Part shown: positions 53,393 through 64,000 of the stretch, one piece after another
Position numbering within the stretch: the first letter of the stretch is position 1
Layout: every line of letters starts with the position of its first letter
Notes under the pieces: model-generated
What the model was told of the DNA's origin: nothing
The model's input: the letters and a program-made list of their open reading frames with translations, nothing else
Database searches by the model: none
DNA from: Camelus dromedarius
Lineage: Eukaryota
Direction of reading: 5' to 3'
DNA length: 64,000 nucleotides
Assembly (NCBI RefSeq): GCF_036321535.1
Contig: NC_087437.1
Coordinates: 56,422,001-56,486,000 of the forward strand
Made by a program: the position numbers and the translations under genes

Positions 53393-54467
53393 GTAAGCAT
53401 GGTTTACATTAAGTGCACACAACAAAGAATGCAATAATTTTGTTTTAAGCTCTTAATAGTGTATTACAATTAAGTGTGTAAATTCTAAAAGAAAAGCAAC
53501 TTAATCTTTTATGTTCACTGCACTATTTGCAGAGCTTCAGCAATTCTACCTACATAGTAGGCATTCAGTACCTGTAGTTCTACTGCATGAATATGTGAAT
53601 GAATAAAGGCAGCTCGGGGAGTGAAAAAGAGTGCCAGACATATCTGTGTTCAAATTATACCACTGCCATTTATTAGTACTATTAGTATTTATCTGTACTC
53701 TGGGACTACGACTACCTAGCATTTAATACAGTTGAGAGTATTAGAAATAATATACATATTATGTTAATTCAGTTCCTGGCAAGCAGTAGAAACTCAATGA
53801 ATAGTCATTAATATTACTGTCAAAGCATTTTACTTGAATTAAGTAAGCTGTGTCTTTGTATATATTGGAATACTTATAGCTAATGCTGAAACTGTTTGCT
53901 GGCACTGTTCAACCAGTGCTTTGTTTTGGGAGTGAGAAACTAGAGAAGTGGAAAGGACGGCGTCTAGGCAGAGTCAATAGACTCCTATCAAACCTAGAAA
54001 TCAAGAGAGCCATTGCCCTAGGTGGCATTCAGAGGAGATCCCTAAATACCGCTGTGCCCACTGTATTAAAAATGATAGCATATCAGAGTGAGATTATTTT
54101 CATACCCTATCTTAGTAGATGGAAGCATTAAGTTCCAGCAACAGAAAATAATCTATTTAGAGAAGCTCCCTGAGTTAGTAGAAGGAGTGATTCTAAGTTC
54201 CAGGTTTCTGACTCTTTGCTTAGAGCTTTTTATACTGGTCTGAAACCAGATTCAGCATAATTTTTTTAAAGGGTTCAATATAGTGCAAGTAAAATTTAAA
54301 TCATATAATTTTGTAATCACTGCCTCTCTTTCTCTACTTACTTTTGGAATAATGCTGAGTTGGGGACTAATTCAGAAGAAAAATCAGACTAAATTAGAAT
54401 CTAACATGAAAGGATTTTAAAAATCAAATGAATAATCTAAACATATATTCCTCTTGGAAAATTTTTC

Positions 54468-54503
<36 letters not shown>
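54468..54503. repeat. (TA)n(CA)n compound microsatellite
   Basis: Directly visible. Confidence 0.95.
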
Positions 54504-54504
<1 letters not shown>

Positions 54505-55461
54505 TTAATGCATTCATTTTTGGAAAGTTGGGAACAGACACGCATCGTCATCTTGATTTATAGATCTAGAAGTTGATAGACACAGATGTGAGGGATGTAT
54601 TTCTCATCCAACTTTCAAGCAATACAAGTTTGCTTTTAAAACTGTGAAGTATTGAGTACTTATTATATACCAGTAGGATGCTTTAATATGCATTACTTAA
54701 TGTGCATTACTTAATTTAATCCACATAATGAACCTGTGAGGTGAGTGTAATTACTCTCATTTTAAAGTTGAGGAAAATGAGCTTTTCAAAGATTAAGTTA
54801 AAAAAAAGAGAGTCAAATGGTTGGTATATGGCCAAGTCAAGATTAGAGCCCCCGCCATTAAATCTTTGAAACTTGTGCTCTTAAACACTGCACATGAAGC
54901 TCCTTCAGGGGCATCTTTCTTTCAGTTTAGGAATATAGAATGTTATAAAAAGCAGCAATGCTATGAATGAACATTCAGCTGATAACTGGCCACCAGGTAG
55001 ACTTAGGTGCTGACCTCACAATTGTGATTTTGAATTTTCCATTTACTTGTTCATTAATTTAATGCTTACTTATTTAACCGGGTGCCATACTAGACACTCT
55101 GGGCATGTTGAGGAGAACTGTGTAGAAAAGAAACAACTGAGTAAATTATTACACAGAATGAGAAAGAAGTCTGTCTCATGTAAGCTTTGGAAAGCAAAAC
55201 CAGTTTGGATAAACGTTCTATCCTTAAACAGCAAGGATACTAGATATATTTGTTTCTTCGCTTGTTTGTTTTAAATGAAAGAGGTGTTGTAATTGACTAC
55301 ATATTGAACTTTGGGCCCCCTCAAGAATTAACAAACTGTGCCAGGAGGTTGGGTAATGCGTCAAAGAAGAGCAGATTTTTGACTGCGTTCTGAATTTGTC
55401 TGCGAAATAAAGTTTACGTGATTTGACGTCATCTTCCTTTGTTCTTTCCTCTCTATCACAG

Positions 55462-55533
55462 GCTCTCCAAAAGATGCATTGCCTCCCCAGATCTATTCAC
55501 CCAATGATTTTGTGGTCTACGAGAAAGAACCTG
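55462..55533 (+). CDS. IL1RAP: IL1RAP coding exon 5 (D2-D3 linker): (G)SPKDALPPQIYSPNDFVVYEKEP(G)
   Basis: ctctatcacag| acceptor and CTG|GTAATT donor. 72 nt, phase 1-1, cumulative 775. Confidence 0.96.
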
Positions 55534-56608
55534 GTAATTACAGCTGTGCCTCTGAATATCAGTTAGATTCTCTTAATTACAAGGAATGAAGTGTCACTAA
55601 CTAATGCAAGAGAATAGAGGACTGTTGTAAAGAAGCACATGAATTGAAACTGAAGTGTTGTCAGAAACCAAGTCAGCTCTGGGGATTAGCTGCTTCATCG
55701 ATCTCATGGGCAGCTCAGGGATTCTCTGCTTCTCTCCCGACAGCTGCTTGCTTCTTCCTCTGCGAGCAGGGTTCCTCTCCTGATTAGCGATTTCTGTTTG
55801 ATGTAAACTTTAGCTTGCTCAAAGCTTTGGTTTACCAAGACTTCACCATGGGCACAAGACGTCTTCTAAACTTCTGCCCCACTACAAAGGGGCAGGGGGT
55901 GGAACTGGAGGCAGAACCGTGAATTCAACAGATGGCAGCTGACAGGACTTGCACGTCTTGATTCAGAACACTATCAAACGTTTACCCTGGTTATGTGGCT
56001 CTCCTTTTAGTTTTCATATCTTTTCATTCTTGACAAAAATCATTTGTCACTGACCAATAAGGCATAATTTGTTACTCTTCTGACTCAAAGCCTCTCATAG
56101 CTAAGTTGAAAACCATAAGAAATGTTAACATTCTCTGTATTGTATCCTTTCCAATAAATTGACTCCAAACCCAATGAAAGATATAAAAGAAAATTTGTTT
56201 AAAATGTACTAAAGATAATAGAGGCAGTGTTCAACATAGGTGGAGAGTAATGCTCCCCACCCCACCGGCCAGCCCAGAATTAAGGTAAGGTCTCAATGAC
56301 CTGTCTTGTAAAAAAAAAAAAACAAGAAACATACTAAGGGGGTCTGCCAAACCCAAATTTCCTAGAATTAATAGTGGCTTTATATATTAAGATGAGCATT
56401 CTTCCTACAATCAGGGTAAACCCTTATTCATCATCTAAATATCTTTCCTCCACCTATCATAAGATGGTTACAAAAGCATGCCTGAGTCCGTGTTCACTTT
56501 ATCTTTGTACATATTGACATAGGCAACTGGAGAGGAAGACATAAGAACCATGTGTTGGAAAAGAGGATTAGAGTATGACCACTCAGTGGGACACACCTAA
56601 GTTCAAAT

Positions 56609-56734
56609 TGGGATGACAATAAAATTTATCATCTCAACCTGGACACCTTTTGAGAGTGAAAACAGTCAATTTTAATAACTAACTAGGAAAGCAAGCATAA
56701 AACAGAACTGTCCTGGGCAAACTGAAACAGTCTA
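56609..56734. mobile_element. MER94-like hAT-Blackjack MITE inserted in a MIR
   Basis: aatttatc..ggacaccttttgagagtgaaa..actgtcctgggcaaactg. 8-bp TSD gttcaaat (56601-56608) / ggtcaaat (56735-56742). Confidence 0.7.
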
Positions 56735-57535
56735 GGTCAAATCTTGGTCTGCCACTTATTAGCAGTGTGAACTTGGAATGTCAGAATCCAAAGAATATTT
56801 AAGCTTCAGTTTTTTCCAGCATCTGTAAAACATGAATTTAAAAAATATTTTATATTTTTTGTTAAAATCAAATAAGGCCATCAATTAATAGCCAAATATA
56901 ATAAATATTTAGCACAGTGAATTATTTAAAGGTCTCAGTGAGTGAGCTGCTGCTGCTGTTGTTATGATAATTACGATCATTACCATTTGCTGCCTAGAGA
57001 TCCCCCTATCCTCATATGCCAGCTCAGAAGGATAGGGTAGAATTTCTATTTGCAAGTTGTCTTTAATCTCATTGACTGCACCCTAATAGCTGGAGCATTT
57101 CCAGATTCAGCCTGCCTGACCAGTCCTCTCATCTATGGCATTGTCCTGTCTTCTCTGGCCAAGGACCAAAGATCTGAAGACTCTTTCCTCGGTCACCCTT
57201 TGTTTGGGAGGGAAATAACAAAGGAGAAGAGCTGTCCATGGAGGTTCAGAGCTAAAAAATTGTCGGAGCCTTTTTGAACAAACACTGTCACTTTAGAGCA
57301 CATATAAATGCTATTAAAAGATGGACATTCTGATAATTTTATATAAAGTTGCTGCCCTTCTGTTCCTGGTTTGTTTGTTTTGCAATAAGAATAGTACATT
57401 ACCTTATGGTAGCCCACTTGAAAATTAGTCAGAAGTAGGGTTGCAGGGGTATGTAAGTTTTATGGCTTCTGATTGATCACAGAGTAGAACCTTGTAAAGG
57501 TAACAAACTGATGAGTTAATTTGCTTTTTTTTTAG

Positions 57536-57662
57536 GAGAGGAGCTGCTCATCCCCTGTAAAGTCCATTTTACTTTCCTGAAGGACTCTCGCAATGAGGTT
57601 TGGTGGACCATTGATGGAAAAAAGCCAGACGACACCACCTTTGACATAACTGTTAATGAAAG
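57536..57662 (+). CDS. IL1RAP: IL1RAP coding exon 6 (Ig domain 3, first half): (G)EELLIPCKVHFTFLKDSRNEVWWTIDGKKPDDTTFDITVNE(S)
   Basis: T-run with tag| acceptor and AAG|GTATCC donor. 127 nt, cumulative 902. Confidence 0.97.
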
Positions 57663-59555
57663 GTATCCTTGACAAAGGCAAGGGGGTGGCTAACCCTTGT
57701 CCCTCAACTTAATGCCTTCTGATGTATACTAATCAATGAAGATTAAAATTCTAATTTTTGCCTATCATTAACAAAAATCAGCATGAATTTCAAGTCTTTA
57801 TTGGCCATATCTCAAAGCAGGATTATTGGACTTGGCAGTCCTCACCCCAGATGCCACCTAATGACCACATCTGTATGATACCCACCTGAAGGTAGATGGG
57901 GGGGGCGGTGCATATCCTACATGAATGAAAAGGCCACAATTAGGGGTTGTGGATAGATGAAAGCTTGCCAGCATGGTCCTGTTTTTCTCAAATCTGGAGT
58001 CTGGGTCTATGTATTTGTGCTTCAGATAATTGTGTTAGTTTCTTGTCTTGCAGCAAGCATATATTTCCTATCTTCCTCCTCCTCTTTCATAATTATCATA
58101 ACATATATATTACATTTATAATTGATAATAATTTTTTGATATTGACTATACACATTCATGTTCTTTAAACTTTACTTTTAAAGTAGATGGGATAGTAATC
58201 TAGCTCACTCTTAAAATAACAAGCTGGGTCATTTTATTTCTAAAAACGTGACATTTTTTGAAGCGGCTTCAGTTGGCAAGGAGGAAATATGGGTCTTTGA
58301 AGACAAAAGAGTCCCCTGTAAATTAAGCATGCAGCTGCAAGACAGCAGCTGGGTGACTGCAACAACTAATAAAAATGAGCAGTTGACTAACTACATGACA
58401 AAGTAGTGCTGAGAACTTAAGCCTTATCACCATGTGTAAATAGATCTTAGGCTACTTGAACTTCCAGTTTTTAAAAGGTATTTATTCCCTAGTAGTAAAC
58501 TCAGACTTTATGCAGAAATTTATTGATCATTTCAGGAATTCTGAGCATTCTGCTTCCTATCTTCCTAATAATAATAAATGAATAGTGAGGAAAGTCACAT
58601 TGTTTCTCCTTGCTGCTATTGAAACACATTTCTCTGCTCATAGTTGAGCAGTGCAGTTACTTTGGTTAAATCCATCATAACCCTTTACCAAGTTGTCATG
58701 ACTGATGGTAAGCCTGATCAGAAGAACCCGGATGTCAGTCAACTGTAGGAGAGAGAATTTTTTTCCCCTTTTGAGCAAAGTAGTTCAAAAGGATTTTAAA
58801 CCTTCATCTTAGACCCAAAGCAATTGATCTCTGATTTGCTGAGGATTTGACAAAGAAATACAAATCCTCTTTCCCTGAGAAGTTTCTTATTTTCAGAATA
58901 TAACCGTGAGTTTTCAGCATTTTAACCGAAATGGTCAATCTGTGTTCAAAATCCAAGTTTTGGGAATCCCTGAAATGCATTACCTATTACTATAGGGTAA
59001 TAATAATAATAGCTTATATAAATATGTATCAAGCATTGTTCTAATTCTTATACATCAACATATTTAATCCTCAGAATTCTTGAGTAAGTTAATACATGTA
59101 ATGCACTATGTTGGCATTGCCACTTTCCTCCTTTTCAAAGGAGGAACTCAGACATGGAAAGATTAGTTACCTCACCCAAAGTATATAATCAGGAAGTGAC
59201 AAAGCGTAGATCAAAATCCAAAGGGATCCGACCTCAGAAGCTTATGTCTAAACTGATACAGCATTCTGCCTCAGAAGTTTGAGGAAGGGAGACATTTCTC
59301 TTTGAAGAGAGGTCCGTAGTATGATGCTAACACTGGGAGTCAATCGAGGTATTGGAATTGGGTGTAGTGTAGATGGTAAAGAGTGGTATTGGAATCGAGA
59401 TGCTGGTCTTCTTTTGTAACTACTGGATTACAGGCAACACAGCTTATCAGCATCACCCTCATATAGGGGTTCTGTGGGTGTCTACTTGTCTGGTTCCCAC
59501 ACGACCATGGGCTTCAGTCTCACTAATGCTTTGATTTCTTTTCTCCTATTTCTAG

Positions 59556-59704
59556 CGTAAGTCTGAGTAAAATAGAAGACGAGACAAGAACTCAGCTTTT
59601 GAGCATCAAGAAAGTTACTGCTGAGGATCTCAAGCGCAACTATGTCTGTCATGCCAGAAATGCCAAAGGGGAGGTTGACAAATCAGCCAAGGTGAAACAG
59701 AAAG
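59556..59704 (+). CDS. IL1RAP: IL1RAP coding exon 7 (Ig domain 3, second half; exon 9 in human numbering): (S)VSLSKIEDETRTQLLSIKKVTAEDLKRNYVCHARNAKGEVDKSAKVKQK
   Basis: tttctag| acceptor and AAG|GTAATG donor (used for the membrane form). 149 nt, cumulative 1051. Contains the Ig YVC motif. Confidence 0.97.
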
Positions 59705-59736
59705 GTAATGGATGCATTCAGCGGATGAATCTGTGA
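59705..59736 (+). CDS. IL1RAP: Soluble IL-1RAcP-specific read-through tail GNGCIQRMNL* (360 aa isoform)
   Basis: The frame continues GGT AAT GGA TGC ATT CAG CGG ATG AAT CTG TGA, with the stop at 59734-59736. Soluble IL-1RAcP is known to arise by read-through at this donor (recalled human tail GNRCGQ). Confidence 0.85.
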
Positions 59737-60443
59737 ACTCCAAATGTAACATTGTGGTGAATAAGGAAAAAGGAGAAATTGAGGAGAGAGTTCCAGCACT
59801 TAGCACATCCAACACATAACAATGAATTAAAGTTGAATGAAACATCTTGAGAGAAAGTTTCCATCTATGTAAAGATACTCAAAACATAATTTCTTACAAT
59901 TTTAGTAACTTACTGCCCAAATGTGAGTTTAAAATTCTGTATGATTACGATAATGAAGTATAGTTTTATATGTATACAGTAATGAAAAATAAAATATTTA
60001 AAGCTACCAAAGATATAATAAAACTGATAAGAGTCACATATTGTTGGTGAATTGTAAAGACCCTTTTAGAAATCATTGATGACAGAGTTCAAGAGTCATA
60101 AAAATGATCATACCACATGACTTAATACTTTTGGAATTTTTGCTGAACAAATAACCTAACAGAAAGGGAATTATGTCCCCATCGATGTACTTAGAAGCAT
60201 TATCTCTAATAATGAAACCCTATAAATAGCAGTCATCTAATTTTGTGCAAGTAGTTAAGTAAGATAGAAAATATTTATTCTCAAAAACATAATTTTAAAA
60301 TGTTGATTTTAAACACTATGTATCAATATTCAAGCAGGTTTATAATACACCACTAGCCAGAACTGCTAAAATGAAAGTTACTTAAACTATGACTTAAAAT
60401 GATGTAAAATGATTTCTATGTTGATATTACTAGATTTTCCTAT

Positions 60444-60453
60444 AATAAATAAA
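60444..60453 (+). terminator. Candidate intronic poly(A) signal (overlapping AATAAATAAA) for the soluble isoform
   Basis: Two overlapping AATAAA about 710 nt after the soluble stop, followed by GT-containing sequence (ctgttg, ctgtgtctg). A second candidate AATAAA is at 59988-59993. Confidence 0.55.
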
Positions 60454-61009
60454 AATTATAAAGCTTTCTAATATGAGCTGTTGCTCCTAAAGCATACTGT
60501 GTCTGAAATTCTCTTTGGGTCTCACCCCTAACAAAGAACCCCAGCCAATTAATCTTTTCAAGAATGTCTTTCAGTGATCTGGATAATAATGAGGATGCAT
60601 TATACATGAAGTCAGGCCATTCAGAATCATTCTGGATCCCAATGTCAGAGCTTATAATGGTTATATCAAAAGCAAAAAAACAAACAAAACAAACACACAC
60701 AAAAAAACAGTTAGTTCATAACTGTTGCATTTTGCAATGGGATTTAAACCTTTATTAAAGTTGATGGAAAAACAGGCTTCTCGTCAACATTTCATTACTC
60801 TTTACAAAGTAAAGAGCAAAGACCTGAAGTGTGTATGCATCTTAAGAAGGCTTAATGGATTGGTTCTGAATAGTTAATTGCTTCTGCTCCTCAGAAGTCA
60901 GTGCAAAGAGAAAAGACTGAACTACGTGATATAAGGCAGTATTTCCCAAAGTTAGTTCCTAAGAACACGGCTAAGACCCTTTATCGTACTGCAATTCATT
61001 ATTTGTGCT

Positions 61010-61230
61010 ATGGACTCAGATAGTCTGTGTTGGAATCCTGTTTTCTATGCATCCTAACTGTGTGACCTTGGGAAAATCACTTAACCTCGCTGAGCTTCAA
61101 TTCTTTCTATTTAAAGTAGGCAAAATCATACCATTACCTCACAGGATTGTTTTAAAGTACTCAGCACATTTCCTGGCATATATACATATGTACATATTAA
61201 ATGCTCAATACATGTTAGCTCTTTTAATTA
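61010..61230 (+). repeat. MIR
   Basis: ctgtgtgaccttgggaaaatcacttaacctcgctgagcttcaattt core. Confidence 0.8.
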
Positions 61231-62084
61231 TTATCTCCACAAGATTTTCATAGATGTTAGATGACAAAAGGCTTTTATATTCAACTATCATTGACATCTA
61301 GGGTAAATAAAAATCAATCAAGTTACTTTAGTTCACAACCCCTTAGAGTCTTTAATATGTTAATATTTGATATGAGTATCTGCAGGGAGTTTTAATATAG
61401 TAGGCAGGCTTTTTTCAAATATATTTGGCTCCATATGCTTTACACATAGTGTTTTGTGCAATTCATCTTCTGAGGCATGTGTTTTGGGAAACAACTATGG
61501 AGGATGGCATAAATTAACACCTTATTGTCAGATGGTTAGAATCAAAACGATCAACTAAAATAATGTTTAATCTAGGAGAGATGTGGAAGTCTGTCCACCA
61601 GAGCTGCTTGTGTCGCTTTCCTTTCACAGAAGGCTGTGTTCTGAGTGGTTTAACTCATGTGGCAGCAGGAATGTGGAGTGATAAGTGCACCCACTAGACC
61701 AGGTGATCTGTGCTGAAATTACATGAATATTACATAGGACCCAGTTGGGTCTCTGTACATCCAGTGGTACCAGCGCTGTTGTGGGTTTGTTTATTTGGAT
61801 TCTATTCTGGGCTAGTTAATGCTGAGATCATAGGTGATATGTGTCCGCCTTCAAACATTATATGTAGGGGTCCTTCTCTGAATTCTGCATCTGTTGACAA
61901 AGCATTCTATGTTCTTCATCAAGAAGATGAAAGAAGGAGGCCCTAGCCTCAGTGAGAAGACCTCACTGGGACGGACCTTTTGACAGCAGCACGATTTCAT
62001 CTAGTCAGTTAAAGCAACGTATTAAAGGAGAGGCAGCTAATGTGAACATGATAAACATGCAGTTTTACAAAAGGAGAGTGGTAG

Positions 62085-64000
62085 GGACTAAGGCAAGGTG
62101 TAGGCTGAACTTTATGAGCACCTGCCAAACTTATTTCCAAAGAAGTCACACCATTTTACACTTTCACTAGCAGTGTATGTAAGTTCCAAGTGCTCTACGT
62201 CCTCACCAAGCTTTGGAGTTAACACACTTAAAATTTAGCCGTGCTAGTAGATGGGCTCTAGTATCACATTGTTTTTAATGTGCACTACTCAGATGCTAAT
62301 GATGTTGAGCACTTTTTCATGGACTTACTGACCACTAAGTAATGGTTCTTTTTCTGAGATGCCCATTGCAATTTTTGACCCATTTTGCTGTTGGGTTACT
62401 TGTTAGTGGTACAGTATATCTCCTACATCTTTTGTCAGATATGACTCATAAACATTTTCACACAGTTTGTGAATGTTTGTTTTGATGAGCGTAATTTTTT
62501 AAAGTTTCATGAAATCCATTTAATAAGTTTCTTCTATTATAGCTAGAACTTTCTAGATCTTATATTAACATTCTTTCATTTATAAAGATTCTTCTTTTAT
62601 ACTTAGGCTTATGATCCATTTCAAAAAAAATGGTTTTCCATACAGAAACCAGTTGTTCTAACCTCATATTGAAAATTTTCTCCTTTTTTTATTGAATTGT
62701 TTTGACAACATGGCCCCCCCCCCAAAAAAAAGACTATGAATGTAGGTCTATTTCTGCATTCCCTTTTCTGTTCTATTCATCTGTTTGTCTATCTTTACTC
62801 CAATACTACTTTGTCTTGATTAACAGCTCTAATGTAAGTCATGAAATCAGGGGGTAGGGGATAGCTCAGTGGTAGAGTGCATGCCTAGCATGCATGAGGA
62901 CCTGGATTCAGTTCCCAGTACTTCCATTAAACAAACAAACAAATAAACTGAATTACCTCCCCCTATAAAAAGGTTAAAAAAAAAAAAACACATAAAGCAA
63001 GTCATAAAATCAGATACTTTATGTCTGCCCTCTTTTTTTTCTTTTCCAAGATTGATTTGACTCTTTTAGGAACCATATATTTTTTTCATGTGATTTTAGT
63101 ATCAGCTTGTCAATTTCTAACATCAAAGCCTTGCCTGGATTTGATTGAAATTTTAGCAATATTGAGTTTTTAAATCCATTTACATGATATAGCTCTCAAT
63201 TTATTTAAGACTAATTGAATATTCTCAGCAATGCTTCTTTTAGTTTTGAGTATACAGGTCTTGCACACATAGTGTTAAATTCATCCATAAATATTTTGTT
63301 GTTGCTGTTATTATAATGGTATTTTTAAATTTTCATTTTTCCAACTGCTCATTGATAGAAAAGAAACGTGAAATTAAATAATTTATATGTTTTTATTTCA
63401 ATCCTTTGACTTTTTCAAATTCACAAATTAAATGAGTTTTTTTGTTCTTTCCGTGTTTTAGCATTTTCTATACACTTGATCATGTCACCTATAAATAAAC
63501 TGACTTTTACTCCTTCCTTTCCAAACTTCATACTTCTGATTTGTTTTTCTGCTTATTGCATTCTTTTGAACCTCCAGTAGCATGATCAGCAGAAATTATG
63601 AGAACAGCCGTCTTTGCGTTGTTTCCTGTCTTACTTGGCAATCATTCAGTTTTCACATATTGAATATGATGGGTTTTGTAGGTTTTTGTAGATGACCTTT
63701 ATCTGCATGAGTGATTAGTCTTTTGTTTTTGGGTTGCTAAGAGTTTTGTTTTTATAGTGAATATCTGTTGAAGTGCGTCAAATTCTTATCCATCGGAAGA
63801 TCATAACGATCTTTCTCATACTCTGTCAATGTAATGCTTTCCATTGATTTCAAAATGTTGATCCAATCTTTCATTTCTGGGGTAAACCCCCACATCATCA
63901 TGATTTATTATCCTTTTTATAGCTCTGCTTTATCTCTTTGGTTTTCAATTTTTTCTTCTACAGAATTTACAATATTAATGCTGAACTTACCATCATTTGT
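62085..64000 (-). mobile_element. Old L1M ORF2 region running off the window end
   Basis: Continuous antisense L1 motifs (ccattttacactttcactagcagtgtatg; atcatgtcacctataaataaa; tttctggggtaaacccc). Confidence 0.85.
62851..62998 (+). mobile_element. tRNA-derived SINE (camelid Vic-1-like) nested in an old L1
   Basis: ATAGCTCAGTGGTAGAG head and A tail. 15-bp TSD AAGTCAT(G/A)AAATCAG at 62836-62850 and 62999-63013, with one mismatch. Confidence 0.92.

Noticed and set aside
1..64000. A novel multi-gene or prokaryote-type system (CRISPR array, operon, defence island)
   Set aside because: The sequence is mammalian intron/exon DNA. I saw no regularly spaced repeat-spacer array and no long unexplained ORF. 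The recognisable coding signal is IL1RAP or L1.

Overview
Mammalian genomic DNA (AT-rich, CpG-poor, repeat-dense). The tRNA-derived SINEs and the young L1 3'UTR suggest a camelid, but this is inferred. The window holds the whole ectodomain-coding part of IL1RAP (interleukin-1 receptor accessory protein) on the + strand. There are seven coding exons (3154-3217, 38227-38512, 41032-41218, 53227-53392, 55462-55533, 57536-57662, 59556-59704), all with GT-AG boundaries and compatible phases. They sum to 1051 nt and encode a signal peptide plus three Ig-like domains. The promoter, 5' non-coding exons and TM/TIR exons lie outside the window. Read-through past the last donor gives the soluble-isoform tail GNGCIQRMNL* (360 aa) with candidate intronic poly(A) signals. 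The rest is intron filled with L1, L2, CR1/L3, MIR, SINE, LTR and hAT relics. I found no novel multi-gene system. The most notable observations are a very young antisense L1 that carries a ready-made poison exon, a donor motif regenerated 1 nt into the last Ig exon, a possibly L1-derived soluble-isoform 3'UTR, and a twin-primed L1 inversion. Repeat family names come from recalled consensus motifs, and the boundaries of old repeats are approximate.
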